Shown: one piece after another, positions 23,701 through 36,400 of the stretch
Position numbering within the stretch: the first letter of the stretch is position 1
How the letters are laid out: each line of letters begins with the position of its first letter
Source: Strigamia acuminata
Lineage: Eukaryota
Length of the DNA: 64,000 bases
Reading direction: 5' to 3'
Assembly: GCA_949358305.1 (NCBI GenBank)
Contig: OX442314.1
Coordinates: forward strand, 14,508,001 to 14,572,000
Translations under genes and position numbers: made by a program
The notes under the pieces: generated by a model
Seen by the model: the letters and a program-made list of their open reading frames with translations, nothing else
Told to the model about the DNA's origin: nothing
The model's database searches: none

Positions 23701-26700
23701 TAGCCGTTGATTAACAAAAACAGTTAAAATATAATGACAAGAATGTAATAGCGAGCGAAATTAAAGAGGAAATTGATCAAAATGTAAATTTGATGCGAGT
23801 TTACACACGGCCACTTATAAGATCACTCATAAAATGCCCAATTAAAAGCTTTAAAGCGCACGCGTGTATCCTCAAGAAAAACGTGAGGTTTTGGTCGCAC
23901 GGGAACATATAAGGAACGCCATGGGCTCAAATCGTGCGCTTCCACAGGTGCGAAAACGCCCATTTCAACCAGCGCCAAAAATCCACCTCTCAACATACCA
24001 AAAATAAATTTATAACGTGATATTTGATATTTCTCTTCTTATTGAATTCGATGTCAACACAACAAACGCGTGGGAGTTTCATGTAACACGAAGAATCCGC
24101 AGACCTCACTACGAGTCTGTCACACTAAGCGTGAAGGTCAACAAGGCATTGGAGTATACACGCACAAAAAATCTTTAAACTTGGTGCAATGTCTCGTTTT
24201 TGCCCTTTCCACGCTTGAGCAGATGCACACCTTGTTATCGATCAAGTTTATTATGTCCGCAGCATAATTTTCTCGTGTTAAATCACTAAATCAGTCTTTA
24301 AAGTCGTGCTTGAGCCACTGTGCATGAACGAGGACTCCAGAATCTTCGATTGAGATTACTTTTGTGTAGTTTTTCTACACTTTTGTGCAGCATATGGCCT
24401 CGATAACTGCTGGCGACCCTGTCAAAGTGATGCGACAGCAGGAGGATGGCAGAATTGTTCTCTTTTGACATGAGCAAAAATAAAATAAAAAGGATTATCA
24501 GAGTTTATATTGTACTAAAATATTTTTTTTATTTTATTATTATTTTTTTTTTATCCTTGTTGTTCCGGTCTCAAGTGCATTGCGCTGCGCATATGGTGGC
24601 TCCGGGCACTACCAGGCGTGTTAACGAGACAGCAAACAGCAGAGGCTTTACTGTGATAGGGCTAAAGAATTGATCGATATTGCTTTCCTCTTGCGACGCG
24701 ACGGCGTCTTACTTTATCGGTACAAGACTCCTTTACCCTCTTATATCAGTTCAGCAATAACATTAGGTGACACAACATGGCCGTTAATGCATAATGAGGG
24801 CCATGTGCCTGTTTTGGTTGTTCAGTGTTTGCAAATTTTAATTTTTTTAAATTTTTTTTTTTGTTTTTAAGTTTATAAATTGTTGTTATCTTTGATTAGA
24901 ACTAAGTTTATATAGTTTGTTTAGGGATACGCCCAATTTGTTTAATCAAAGTTATGGTGTGCAGAAATGTTCATTTGAGAAGATTAAAGGGGTGAGGTTC
25001 TTGCAATGATGATTTTTTTCTTTTTTTTCGTGGAATTAGCAGAGGAGTTTTTGGACTTTATCCAAGAGATTCTTCTTTACTGGTTTGTAAACTGTATTAA
25101 AGAAATGGGAATGAAACTTCCTCGTTTAAATGGAAGATTTATTCTTCTTTTTTTTTGTGTGCATCAACTGACATGGGAATTGGGCCGGAATAAAGTTTAA
25201 GTCTTTAAATACAGTCCAACTTGAATTTAATGCAAATATAAAAAGAAGGAAAAACTCAACTCAATATACATTTCGTGGATGAATTAATATTTGTTCAAAC
25301 GTACCGGTAACTAGTAATTTTCATTTTAAAACATCGCAAACTTGGATGAAAATCTCTTCCTGGTTCTTGAAATAGATTGAGAAAGGAGACTCAAAAGAAT
25401 CAACAAAAGCTAAAAAAAAATATCCACGAGCAGAAAACACGCTGCAAACGCAACTATTATCTAATTTAAATGTTTACAAATAGTTGATAAATAACAGAGC
25501 TTTCTGTTTCCATTTGGACAGGAAGTAATGTGTGAAAATGTCAAAAATGATGCAAGAGCAAAGTGCAAAAGAGATCATGTGAATGCGGATGGTGCGAGTG
25601 ATATTTGATCGCGTGTATTTAGGTGACCAAAAAATAAATGAATCCTATCGCATTCGGTTATCGGGTTACATGGGACCTTCCCTTCCTACCCCTCACTTTT
25701 CTCCTATGGCCAATGGTGCGATTGGCCCGGTGTGTCTCATTCTCCTTCCCGCCCAGGGATTTTTGGTCTCGCCGCTTCGATCGGTTGGATTTGAGGAGGG
25801 GGCAATGAGAAGGGACTTGGCAAAATGGTTTTCCATCCATCTTGAAGAGGAAAAGACAAGTGCAGCCATTCGACATTCGTCACCCGGTCGTTTGTCAACT
25901 CTCTTTTTGCAAATATTTTTCATCTTGTTTTTTTGTTTTCTCTTTTTTATTGCATTTTTTTCATTGCTTTTGTTTTTTTAATTTATTTTCAATTTGCCAT
26001 TGAACTTGCACTGTAACATCCTGACCTTGATCAGATTATGCTTATATTAATAAAAAGCGAACAGCAACAGATGTTGATAGAGTTACCGAGATAAATGTGC
26101 ACAAAAAGAGAAATAATATAATTAATTTGGCACGTGGCTTCGTTTGTACTACTCTCGATTTTTAGCACCTTTTATCGATTGCAATCGAACGAAATGCACA
26201 AAAGAGATGATATGCAATTGACTAAAGAAATGTGCATCATTTTATTAATATTTTGTTGTTGCAAAATTATCCAAATGTTGCAAAAAAACCCAAAAAATGC
26301 AATTTTTACATCGAAAGCGCGAAAATATTAATATCCGAAACGATTTAAAAGTAAAACCATGTATGTAATTGCCACATCATTAAAGATGCAAAGCGAGAAG
26401 AATGAGCTAAAGGAATGAAGACTGGACTATTTTGGGGCTAAAAGAACGCCAGCTGATGCTCTCTTATAGTCATCCTTGCTTTTTATTTTTTAAAAAAAAA
26501 TTACCCCGAGTGAAATAATCTTACCTTTTCACGGGAACGAGATGTGCGATAAAATGTAACGTGATTCTTATCCGAACGGGAATTGAGTTGTTGACTCTCA
26601 TCGTAATAATCACGCGAGTGAGGAGTGCATGTGGAGAGCAACAGGCTCGGCTGCTGCGCAGACTCCAATCGAAGACAAGAGTGAGGACGAGGCGACGATG

Positions 26701-28189
26701 CTCCAGGTAATGAACGAGGGGAACGCGTGTAGAACGTGTGATGAGGTGTAATGAGTGCGAGTAGCACCTGGTCGAATTTTGCTCGTGATTAATGGTTGTT
26801 AAGGCAATTTAAGTAGTCCATTCGTGTCCGTACGATTTGTTTGAATTCGAATCGGACTCGATGTTGCACTTCTTCCTCCCTCCCGGAGAACAGTCAGAGC
26901 GAACCGTGAGTCAGGTGCATTCCTTAGGCCGGTGGTGGATGTGCTTCGCGCAGGAGAGCATATGATCTGGGTATGTTGTTTCTTAGCCAAGCATGTGATC
27001 TGCTTCACTTACCCTTGCAATGCGAATTGAATCTTCCCTTTGATTTTTCCAAACGAGAAGGGGACAAAGTGATTAAAGGGCTTTTTATTGAGAGACAGTA
27101 ATTGATTAAATTAAACCAGTTGGATAAAATTATGGGGAGGTCATAAATCGATGCGGAAATGAGAAAATCGACCATTAATTTAATTTTTTTTTTTAAATTT
27201 GAAAAATAGTGGAAAAAAAATTTTTTTTTTTGTGTCAACCGTTGTCAATTAATTCTCTTCTTTTGCACATTTTCGCCCCATAATTCATATTTTTTTTAAT
27301 GTGGTGTTAAATTGATTGATTTGCTTCAGACATGCCAGTCATTTTTCAACGTGTTATTCGCCCCACTGTCTTACTTGGAGAGGTTGCTCACATTATGGCG
27401 CGGCAAATCTCCAAGGAAGACTATTCTGGTAGCTTATTGCGGCTAAAGGGTGTGACCTTCCCTCTTTTCCTCAGCTTCTTCCAGACATTTCTGAAAATAG
27501 CAACGAGCACTCCGCCCACTACACACACTTTAGCATGTGTGTCTGTGTTTTCGCTGTCATTAGTTTTCAATTATATTTATTAAAATTGATGTTTACGGAT
27601 TTTTGTTTCCGAAAATGTTGTGCACCTTTTCTGTTGGGGAAGGGAAGGGAGGGAAGATTAATTAATTTTTCTGTCGGGGAAGGGATGGAATAAATTTTTT
27701 AAGAAAAAATAAGTGAGGATTTTCGTGCAGGAGAAGTTGATTTATTTTTTTCGTTTGTTAAAAGTCAGTGCCCTTCATTCATAATATGTTGCAGATATGT
27801 ACTGACACTGATTTATAAATAAAAGCCCCACCATTCACTTTGTTGTGTGTGAATTTTCCCACAGCACTTCTCTTGTGCCTGCGGTCACTCACTCGACCTC
27901 CCTTTTCGAGTGACCGACTGCCCGTACCTGCTGACTAACCCTTTACGTGATGCAACTATTTCTGGTTAAACGAAACGAACGAACAACGCATAATTTATCA
28001 ATAAATGTGTCATTTGAATAAAATAAAATGTACAGAAAGAAAATAAAAAGAAAAAAAAATTAAAAAGAAAAAAAAAAGCTGCAATTAATTTTTTCGAATT
28101 TTTTCTAACCATTTGATTACATTTATTTAATTCAATAAATAAAAATTGATCGCGAACTTAAAAACCCCGCGCCATTACAAAGCATCGCG

Positions 28190-28670
28190 GTCGTCATAGC
28201 AACAATGACGTCACCGGAAAACAATGGCTGCCATTTCATAACGAAGTGTGCGACGTAAGGTGTAAGGATTTTCACATCAGAAACAGGTTGGTATCTTTAC
28301 TTGAATTAAGTAAATCCAATTCATAAAGGTTTATGAATCACAAGAGTGAAAATAAAGGCCCAATACTTAAGTCAAAATGGGAAAACGATTCGCGGGATAG
28401 AGGAATAACCTAAATGGTGCGCGAAGGTTTTGCTCTGCTGTTAATCAGTCAATTACGGAAGTGGGCGGCAATTTTACGATAAGTTTCTGTTTCTCTTTTA
28501 CTACTGAGTCAAGGTCGTAAAGCCATTTACATTGTTGAAAGGTAAGGTAATATTTCGAGGTTCATCAATCTGTTTACGTGATGAATTTTTAAGAGTTTTA
28601 ATGCTTGCATGATTTTAACCCGAATTTGACCCAGATGATTATGGGATACAAAACAGCAAAATGGCGGGGA
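28190..28670 (+). promoter_or_regulatory. Probable housekeeping-type promoter and non-coding first exon(s) of the FAM120-like gene
   Basis: CRE TGACGTCA 28206-28213 abutting ETS CCGGAA 28214-28219; ACGGAAGTGGGCGG near 28455; YY1-like AAAATGGCGG near 28658; strong donor AAG|GTAAGG at 28542. The coding exon starts with an acceptor at 31885-31886, implying an upstream non-coding exon. Confidence 0.5.
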
Positions 28671-31600
28671 AAATGTCAGAAAATTGATTTGTGGCAAAAT
28701 GTTGTAAAAATTCTAAAAATGTCTAAAAATTTATTTTATGTTTTTTAAATCAATAAAAGCTTTAAAATTGACATGTTTTTCAAGTTTATGAAAAGATAAG
28801 TCACATTTTTTCAGCTGCTTATAACGATTATTAGTGTATATGTACAGGGGGAAAAAAACCCTCAAGAAATAACCATATGGTCATAAATATAAAAGGAATG
28901 AAAAATTTTCAGCTGTGAGGTTTTTTTATTTTTTATTATTTTTTTAATTTTTTTATTTAAAAAAAAATATGTGGGTTGTTCAAAAAACTGAATTTGAAGT
29001 TCGTTTTTTTCTAAAACGGATTAATTTTTTTTCCATTGAATTACAATGGGAAAAGTTTATGTAAATAGAAGAAATATCTCAAGGGTCCATTTCTGTGGGT
29101 AACGATTTTTTTTTTTGGGGGGGAGTGGGGTGGTGGGTGTATTTTGCATTGTCTGGTATGGCATCGCATTGCATTGCCAGCAAATTTATTGAAATGTGAA
29201 TCTAATCTATTGAAGTGCCTTATGTCACTCACGAAAATAGATAATAAATAAAAATAATAAAAAAATAATAAAAAATGTATATAGAAAAAAAAAATTGAAT
29301 TGAGATAAGACACAAGTGGTTTGATTCTCTTGGGAACGGAATTTGACGATTATTCGTCAGTGATAAAAAAAAAAGTCCAAAAAACTTTTAAAACAAAAAA
29401 AATTCACTCATCATTTTGAAACAATCAACGTTAGTTTAGTAAATAAAACGATTATCATTATTATATTAGTTTGGTGCTATTAATACCAGAGCGTGGGAAA
29501 ATCTGAATGGCATCCAGATTTTTGTACTCGCATTTAATGGAGATCAATTAAAATAATTGAAAATAAATAAAAATAAAAATAAAAAAGGCTTATTTTTAAT
29601 TTATTGCAATCAATTGCCTTGCAATAGATCCATTCAATTTTATTGCCCGTAAACTAACGAATTGTTATCGATTTAAAAACAAAATTTATTTCCAATAAAA
29701 TAAAATAAATAAAATAAAATAATAAAACTGTGATCATAAATATTGAAATATTAAAAATAAGTCTTTTTTATCGATTATATATTTTTTTTTTAAAAAAAAA
29801 GATAAAATCACTTGCCTTTTAGAATGAAAAATGAGGAAAAATCCAATGGGGTGTTGATCAGTTTCAGGTTTATAATCCGAGGTCACAACCTCAACGGAGG
29901 GCGAAATAACTCGTCACTTTAAAAGCTTCGCAAAGCAACTTCCTACTTTTTTCCGCTTCTTCTATTTTCTCTTTCTCAAAATGTTTTGACAGTTGCACAA
30001 AACCGCATAAAGACTTGCAAATTGTACACAAAACTTTCAAGGTCACTTCGGCAGAAGAAGAAAAAAATGACAAATAAAAAATCGCAGAAACTTCCCACGA
30101 TTGACGCATGAAATGAAATTGAAAAATAAAAAAAAACCAAAAAAAAAATTGAGAAAAAATAAAAATCCAATGATATTCACGTAATTTTTGTTTGCATTCG
30201 GAGAAAAAAAAAGAAAAACTACATTATTTCCATATGGTTGGCGATAATAGAGATGCTTGCGCGATGAGTTGCGTCTTGACGGATATCTGTTTGTGGGCCA
30301 GGTCGATTCGGCTTCGCGGCTGCAAGACTCATTTGGCCGCCTTATCAGCTACCATTTCCCCGGGGCAGCACTTTCTCACGCCCTGCGATTACGTATGCTG
30401 GTCATAGGCAAGTCAGCCGGTTGGACTAATCATTTGTCAAACGTGTGCTATTAATTCTTGCGGATTAATATGTTGGTTCCAACGATTTTTTCTCAAATCT
30501 AAGTGACTTTTTTCTTTTATTTGTTTTCCAAACTATTTTCATGTGAATGAATGGAAAAAAAAAAAGAAAAAATTTCCCACGCTTGTCAAGGTTAATTCTT
30601 AATAGGTAATATTTGTATGCGTCCCTGTATGTCGTACCTTCAAACTCCAATTCGAACTTGTACTACAGGTATTGCAATTAGATTATAAACATCACTGTTA
30701 TACATTCTTGTTTTGTGTGCTTGAGTGAAAAAATATTCGGTAGAAGAAAATAAGGAATTTTGACGATTTTTTTCGTCGCAAATATTCTTCTTTTATTGGG
30801 TCTTCTTATTAAATTGGTTTAATCATGAGAAGATTGTTTCGTGATGTTCAGCCCTTGAAATTAAAGTCTGATATTAAAGACACTGACCTCAACTCAACAC
30901 TTTTTTTATTTTTTTTTTAAAAATGGTAAATGATAAATTTAAGAGGGAAAAAAAAACGATAGAAGAAAGTTTTTTGATTGTCATGAATAAAAATTGGACT
31001 TTTAGAAACTAAGTAGTAGACAAGTTACAGGGTGGTAACTGATTTTTTTTCTTCTCAGGCCTTTACTATAGCCACATGGCCTTTTAGTTGGGTTAAAGGT
31101 GACTGCTGTCCCTGACCTAAGAAATGACCCTGGAAATTGTGTCTGACTGCTTGGAATATTTTTTTGCATGAAACCGGAGATGGTGGTGCCTACTGACCTA
31201 ATAATAATTCCAAATTATTACAAAATTAGGCCTCGTTTTTGATTGAGTTATGAATACTGATGATTTTCTTTTTTAGGTGGTTAGGTGATTTGAATTTTGA
31301 ATATCCCGGGAGAATTGTGCGTGTGAGTGACGTATTTATTATGTCGCGTGCAGCTGGAAGAGATTGGTTTTCCATTATTTTTATTAAATTATATTATATC
31401 TTTTTTTTTTGTTTTACCTGTTTTCCCACGCTTGGGTTTTGTTATCGATCGGTTAGGAACAAAGTCTGGGCCTCGTTGTCTGTTTACGTGTATGAAAATT
31501 GTGGGCTACTGATTGGGTGTGTAGCAGTGTAGGGCATGGGAATTATGATTTCCGGACACGTGGAGAGATTAATTGAATCCGACCGCGTGATCTGACTGAT

Positions 31601-31900
31601 AATGTTTTCTATGGTTTTTGGTTTTGGAAAAAAAAAATTTTTTTCGTTAATTTAAAAAAAAAAAAATTAAATTTGTTTATTTCTGATACAAAGTTACCTC
31701 GTAGAATGACCTCACGACTTCATAACTCACACGATTCGAAGCTCCAAATTCCCATAGTATAATCATTAAGAATCTTGCGGAATCCGGTTTGACTAGATGT
31801 ATATTTTTTCAAATATTTTTATTTCGATGTGTACAATTCTGGATGTTTGAATTCCAATGTTTTACACGTTTTCTAATATTTTACAGCGCAACTTTGAGTC

Positions 31901-33143
31901 ATGGGAGTCCGGGGTCTTCAGTCGTTCATGGAATACCACGTTCCAGATGGCTGCAAAACTGTCGACATCCGCCAATTGGTCGAAGAATACAAATCGAAGA
32001 ATCGAACCAATCGAGTGATCATTGTCGTCGATGCGATGTCTTGCATCCGAAAACTATACACGGGTTTTTACTGGGTTTTAAACGGACAATGGAGAGAATT
32101 CTTGGAACGTTTGGAACATTTCGTGAGCAAATTCAAAAGTTTAGGGATCGAACTCGTTTTCTTCTTCGACGGAGCCACGATAGAAGCCAAGAGACTGACA
32201 TGGGTCAAACGCCGAATGCAAAACCTCCAAGACGTTAAAGCAATATTTTCCCGTTATTTACGCCACGGATTTCAACCACCCGACGATTTATTTCAGTTGC
32301 CGGCCGGAATGGCCACGATGATTCGATTCGCGTTGAAATCCACGCTAGATTGCAACGTAATTACGAGCATCAAAGAATGCGACGACGAAATCATAAATTT
32401 TGCTCACCAAAACAAGTGCCTCGCCATCTTGGGCCAAGACTCGGACTACATCATCAGCAATGCCGCTCCGTATTTATCCATCAACAATTTGGACTTGGTA
32501 TCCATGACAACGATCCTGTACGACCGCAAAGCTTTCGCCGATCACATCGGACTTAAGTTGCATCAGTTGCCTTTGATGGCCTGTCTCAGAGGAAACGATG
32601 TTGTTAGAGAAGAGTTGTTAGCGAATTTCCACGCCAGGATTTGTCCCCGAAGGAATGCTGCCAGTCTTTATCACCTTTTACCATGTCTCGTTTCTTTCAT
32701 ACGGATTCATCCGAGTCCGACTAATCTTCAGAACGCTCGTCTTATTGCAAAGGATGTGTTCGGAAGTCCTGATAAGGCCAATTTTTTGATGGAGGCTCTT
32801 GCGAGTTACGAAGCTAGAGATGCTGAAACTCACGTTTCCAGTGGGGACCGCTTGTCCCAATTGATCACAGAGAGACATGTTAAGACTGAAAATGTAACTC
32901 ATGTTTACAGCGTGTGCAATTTTGGCGAGTATGACAGTTCGTGCGCTTTGGAGGATTTCGATGTCGATAATGGTTTGATGTCGTCCGCGCTTCTCTATCG
33001 GCCATTAAGACAGAGGGTGTATTATATCCTGAAGAAAAGTGCAAATAAAAACTTTGAAACTGTCAAGGAATGGTGCGTTTATACGGGCAATAAACTACCG
33101 GCACCTGATTTGGTACAATGTCTGCGCTTCGACCTGCAATCAG
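31901..33143 (+). CDS. FAM120B: FAM120B-like (constitutive coactivator of PPAR-gamma family, PIN/XPG-like fold), coding exon 1
   Basis: MGVRGLQSFME start; VVDAM, GQW, LVFFFDG, ECDDEI, ILGQDSDY, ACLRGND, YRPLRQRVY and VKEW motifs typical of FAM120; acceptor TTACAG before 31887; donor CAG|GTATGT at 33144 (phase 1). Confidence 0.9.
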
Positions 33144-33223
33144 GTATGTTTTTTTTTTTGCTTTATTTAAACTACGGTTTAGAAAAACCCAATATCTCAG
33201 GCTTTAGGAAAACCCAATATATA

Positions 33224-33407
33224 CAGTCGAAACTTTTTATAACGAATCGCAAGGGACCCGAAAAATCGATTCGTTAGAACGAGAATTTGTTACATCGAAA
33301 TTATTTAACATGGTGTTCTATGGCCAGCCAACCAAACCAGCCACCTTTAGGTATTCGTTGTATCGATAATTCGTTATATCGCGATTCGTTATAAAGAGTT
33401 TCGACTG
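33224..33407. mobile_element. 184-bp pogo/Tigger-like MITE, copy 1
   Basis: About 27-bp TIRs CAGTCGAAACT(T/C)TTTATAACGAATCGC; TA target duplication; second copy at 38927-39110. Confidence 0.88.
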
Positions 33408-36400
33408 TATATGCACAATAATCTAGATTGGTGATCGTTTGATCACTGACGATGGCATTGACGGAAGGCCTGTGGTTATTTATTAATGGGGTACAACGGG
33501 GTTGGACTGGAATATTTCTTAAAACCTCTGCTGTAAGTTTGCTGTTGCTCTGCATAAGTTTCTTTATTGCTGTGATGAAGACAAATGTTTGGGTGGGGTA
33601 CGTAGACGGGGGATTTGTTGTTGCAATGCGTGGCATTTATCTTGAAACAATTCAATTTGAAAAGTTTATTGTTTTTTAATTTTTCCTAAGTGGAAAACTA
33701 AGACCTTACTTAGTTATGTAGTGAATCCACCCTTGTGAATGTCACGCGCTTGGGTGATCTCATCTGATAGAAAGAAAAGAAAAATGCTGAAAGCGCATAA
33801 TAAGTCGTAGACAGTCAAGTGTTTGAAATAGGGACGTATAAATAGTAAAAAGAAAAATAATGATCGTTTTAAGACTTTTTTTCCATTAAAATAATTTTTT
33901 GTTCGGGAAAATTTAATTAATTAATTAATTAATTCAGTTAGTTGCGCTTGATAAATTAAACATTAGTCGACATGCAGTCTGCATGCGAACGAATGAATCA
34001 ATGGTATTTTATCATTTGTGTATATATTCATACGAAGGCCAGTGCGGCGTGGGAACTCCCGCCCTTTCAGACCCACCCAGCTGATGGATCGAACAAGAGG
34101 CGTCTTTTTTCTCTCCAACATGACTCGAAAGGGTTATGGCCTTGCTTCCGCGAGTTTGTCTCTGAATTTTTATTCAACGATTTCATGTAAACTTTGAACT
34201 TTTTTTTCGACTGAAACTTGCAAGTTGATACGAGTCGGATAAGGGCACCTGTTTAATAAAATGCATCTGTTTAATTTTGGGCCCCCGTTTTGGCTTAATC
34301 TGCTACACATTGATTAATAAGTAGCATTTAAAAAAGGATGTGGATAGTGAAGTCAAGATGCGAGGAAAGGGGCAGCTAAACATTCCACCTGCTTATATCT
34401 TATGCACGTGCATGCATGACACATTGAATGCATGACTGGGTTGTTGCACAAGGGTTTGATTTGTCCTATGTGAATAATTAGAGCATGGGAAAAGTTGGTC
34501 GCTCAAGATGTCCAATGAGTCGTCATTGAGGTCACAGACCCAGCATAATTGGCTGTGTAATTGAAATTAATTTAATTATGCTGTCATTAAAAAAGGTAAG
34601 AAGACGTCTTTGTTAGGTAATTTGATGTGGAATTTTTATTTTTATTGTTATTATTTTTTTTTTTATTATAAAAATAAAAATTTGAAGGGAAATTAGATTT
34701 TTTTTTTATGTTTTTCAATTTTGTTTTCATTATTCGGCATAAAAAGAAATTGGTTTTGCAACAAAATGCGTTCTAAGATGGAAAAAAAAGTCTTTTCTTC
34801 CTATGTTGTTTTTTTGTATGTCCTGGTATAGATTTTTCCTGTTATCAAATCCCACCTGGTGTCGATGTATATGTCGATTGGCGGTTTGGGCGATTGTGCA
34901 CCTGCTTTTATCAAAAAATTGGACAGGTGAGGTTTGTATTGAGGTTTTTCATTTTATGTCAGTGGGACCCCGCAAGTTTCGTGAGTTGTTTTGTCTGCGC
35001 CCCGCCCTTTGGTGGCTACCGCAGCGTCAGGTGAAAATTTGCTTCCGGAATTTGCGGTGTGAATTGCATTGATTGAGGCATTCCGGCGGAAGGTGGCGTG
35101 GGAAGAAATGTTGAGGTCACTCCCATGACGAGATGATCACGTCATTGTGGTCTGATTTTGATTTTTGTATTATTTTCTTAGCGTACTCAGGTATGAAAAC
35201 GAAGAAAAACAGAAGGAAAATGAAATACAACAAAAAAATATCGGCAAATAAGTCCTTATACGTGTAAATAACTGGCGTGGGTAATGAAGAATGTGTTGAT
35301 TCTCAGCATTTGTTATGATCTCATGCAATTCTCGCTTAAATTTCAATGGATTTCTCATCCTTGAAATGTTGTCTGTGCTCTCTCAATGCCAATGACAATA
35401 CAATAAAAACTTGCAATAATTTTGAGATTTAACATTTACATTTATACAATTACTATTTTTTTTTTTTTACTAAATAATTATAAATTTTGTCTGGATAGTT
35501 TTTGTTTTGTGTGTCTGAAATTTGTTGCGAGTTATTTCATTTCCACTTATTTGCTGATAAAAAATAAATTAAAAGAAAAAAAACGATGACCATGGTCAGG
35601 TGAATGGTTCGATAACACGATAACACAATATATGAATTTGCACCTGCTTGAATCTTTTTGTACTTAGGGGGGATGTAAAAAAAACGTAATAAGGGTAAGG
35701 TGGGGAGCGAGAAACAGGTGCCAAATAAGCTTCTGCGAGTTAGCTTTTGATAAGGTGTTAGTTGATAATTAGTGATTGATAATTTAGAAAATTGTATGGT
35801 ACGGACATTTTGGTCATTTTCCACGTGGTGATAGAGGGAGACTAAATAGAAGGCAGTTTTAATTAATTTCCACTCGTTTTATGGTTAACCTTTTGTGTTA
35901 TTTGGAAAATGCTTGGTAATGCAATATATACGAGTTGAAATGAGTTAATATATATACCGGGACTTATCATTTGGGTGTTTTAATATAGAATATATTAGAT
36001 CTTTTGAAATTTATGACAAAGACAAATTGCACCTTCTACACTCGTGTCGTGCGAGGTTTCGGTGATATTCACTTTTATGAAATCAGGTGGAATGCGAAGC
36101 ATGAACGAGGGTTGGGAATGAACAGTCTCATCAATTGGATTCACCGGTGGGCAAAAGGACATTGGCCGTTAAGTGCATATTGAAAAGATTTATATGGAAC
36201 TGTTATGTACGTGGAGTTATCCAGCTGGCTGTATAATAGCTTGGCAAATAATAATTTCACTTAATACACATGTACGTATTTCCTTATTGTCACATAATGG
36301 ATGTGACTTCGGCTGTGGTTTACAGTGTTTTCAACATGTAGAAGTAGGACGGACATTGTTTATTGGATGTCATTGATAGTAAGGGTTCAGCAACTGAGAT

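Larger units (their letters stand above)
29492..35127. promoter_or_regulatory. Cluster of Su(H)/CSL consensus sites (CGTGRGAA)
   Basis: Exact sites at 29492, 30092, 30373, 30574, 31423, 34048 and 35097. Confidence 0.6.

Noticed and set aside
10900..28100. Short ORF-track entries in the Delta-FAM120 intergenic region
   Set aside because: Mostly F/K/L-rich products of homopolymer runs with alternative starts; none has a recognisable domain or consistent splice structure.
33144..33277. C-terminal 44 aa of the 458-aa ORF as the true FAM120 end
   Set aside because: It runs past a CAG|GTATGT donor into T-rich intron and a MITE; homology resumes in phase at 55040.
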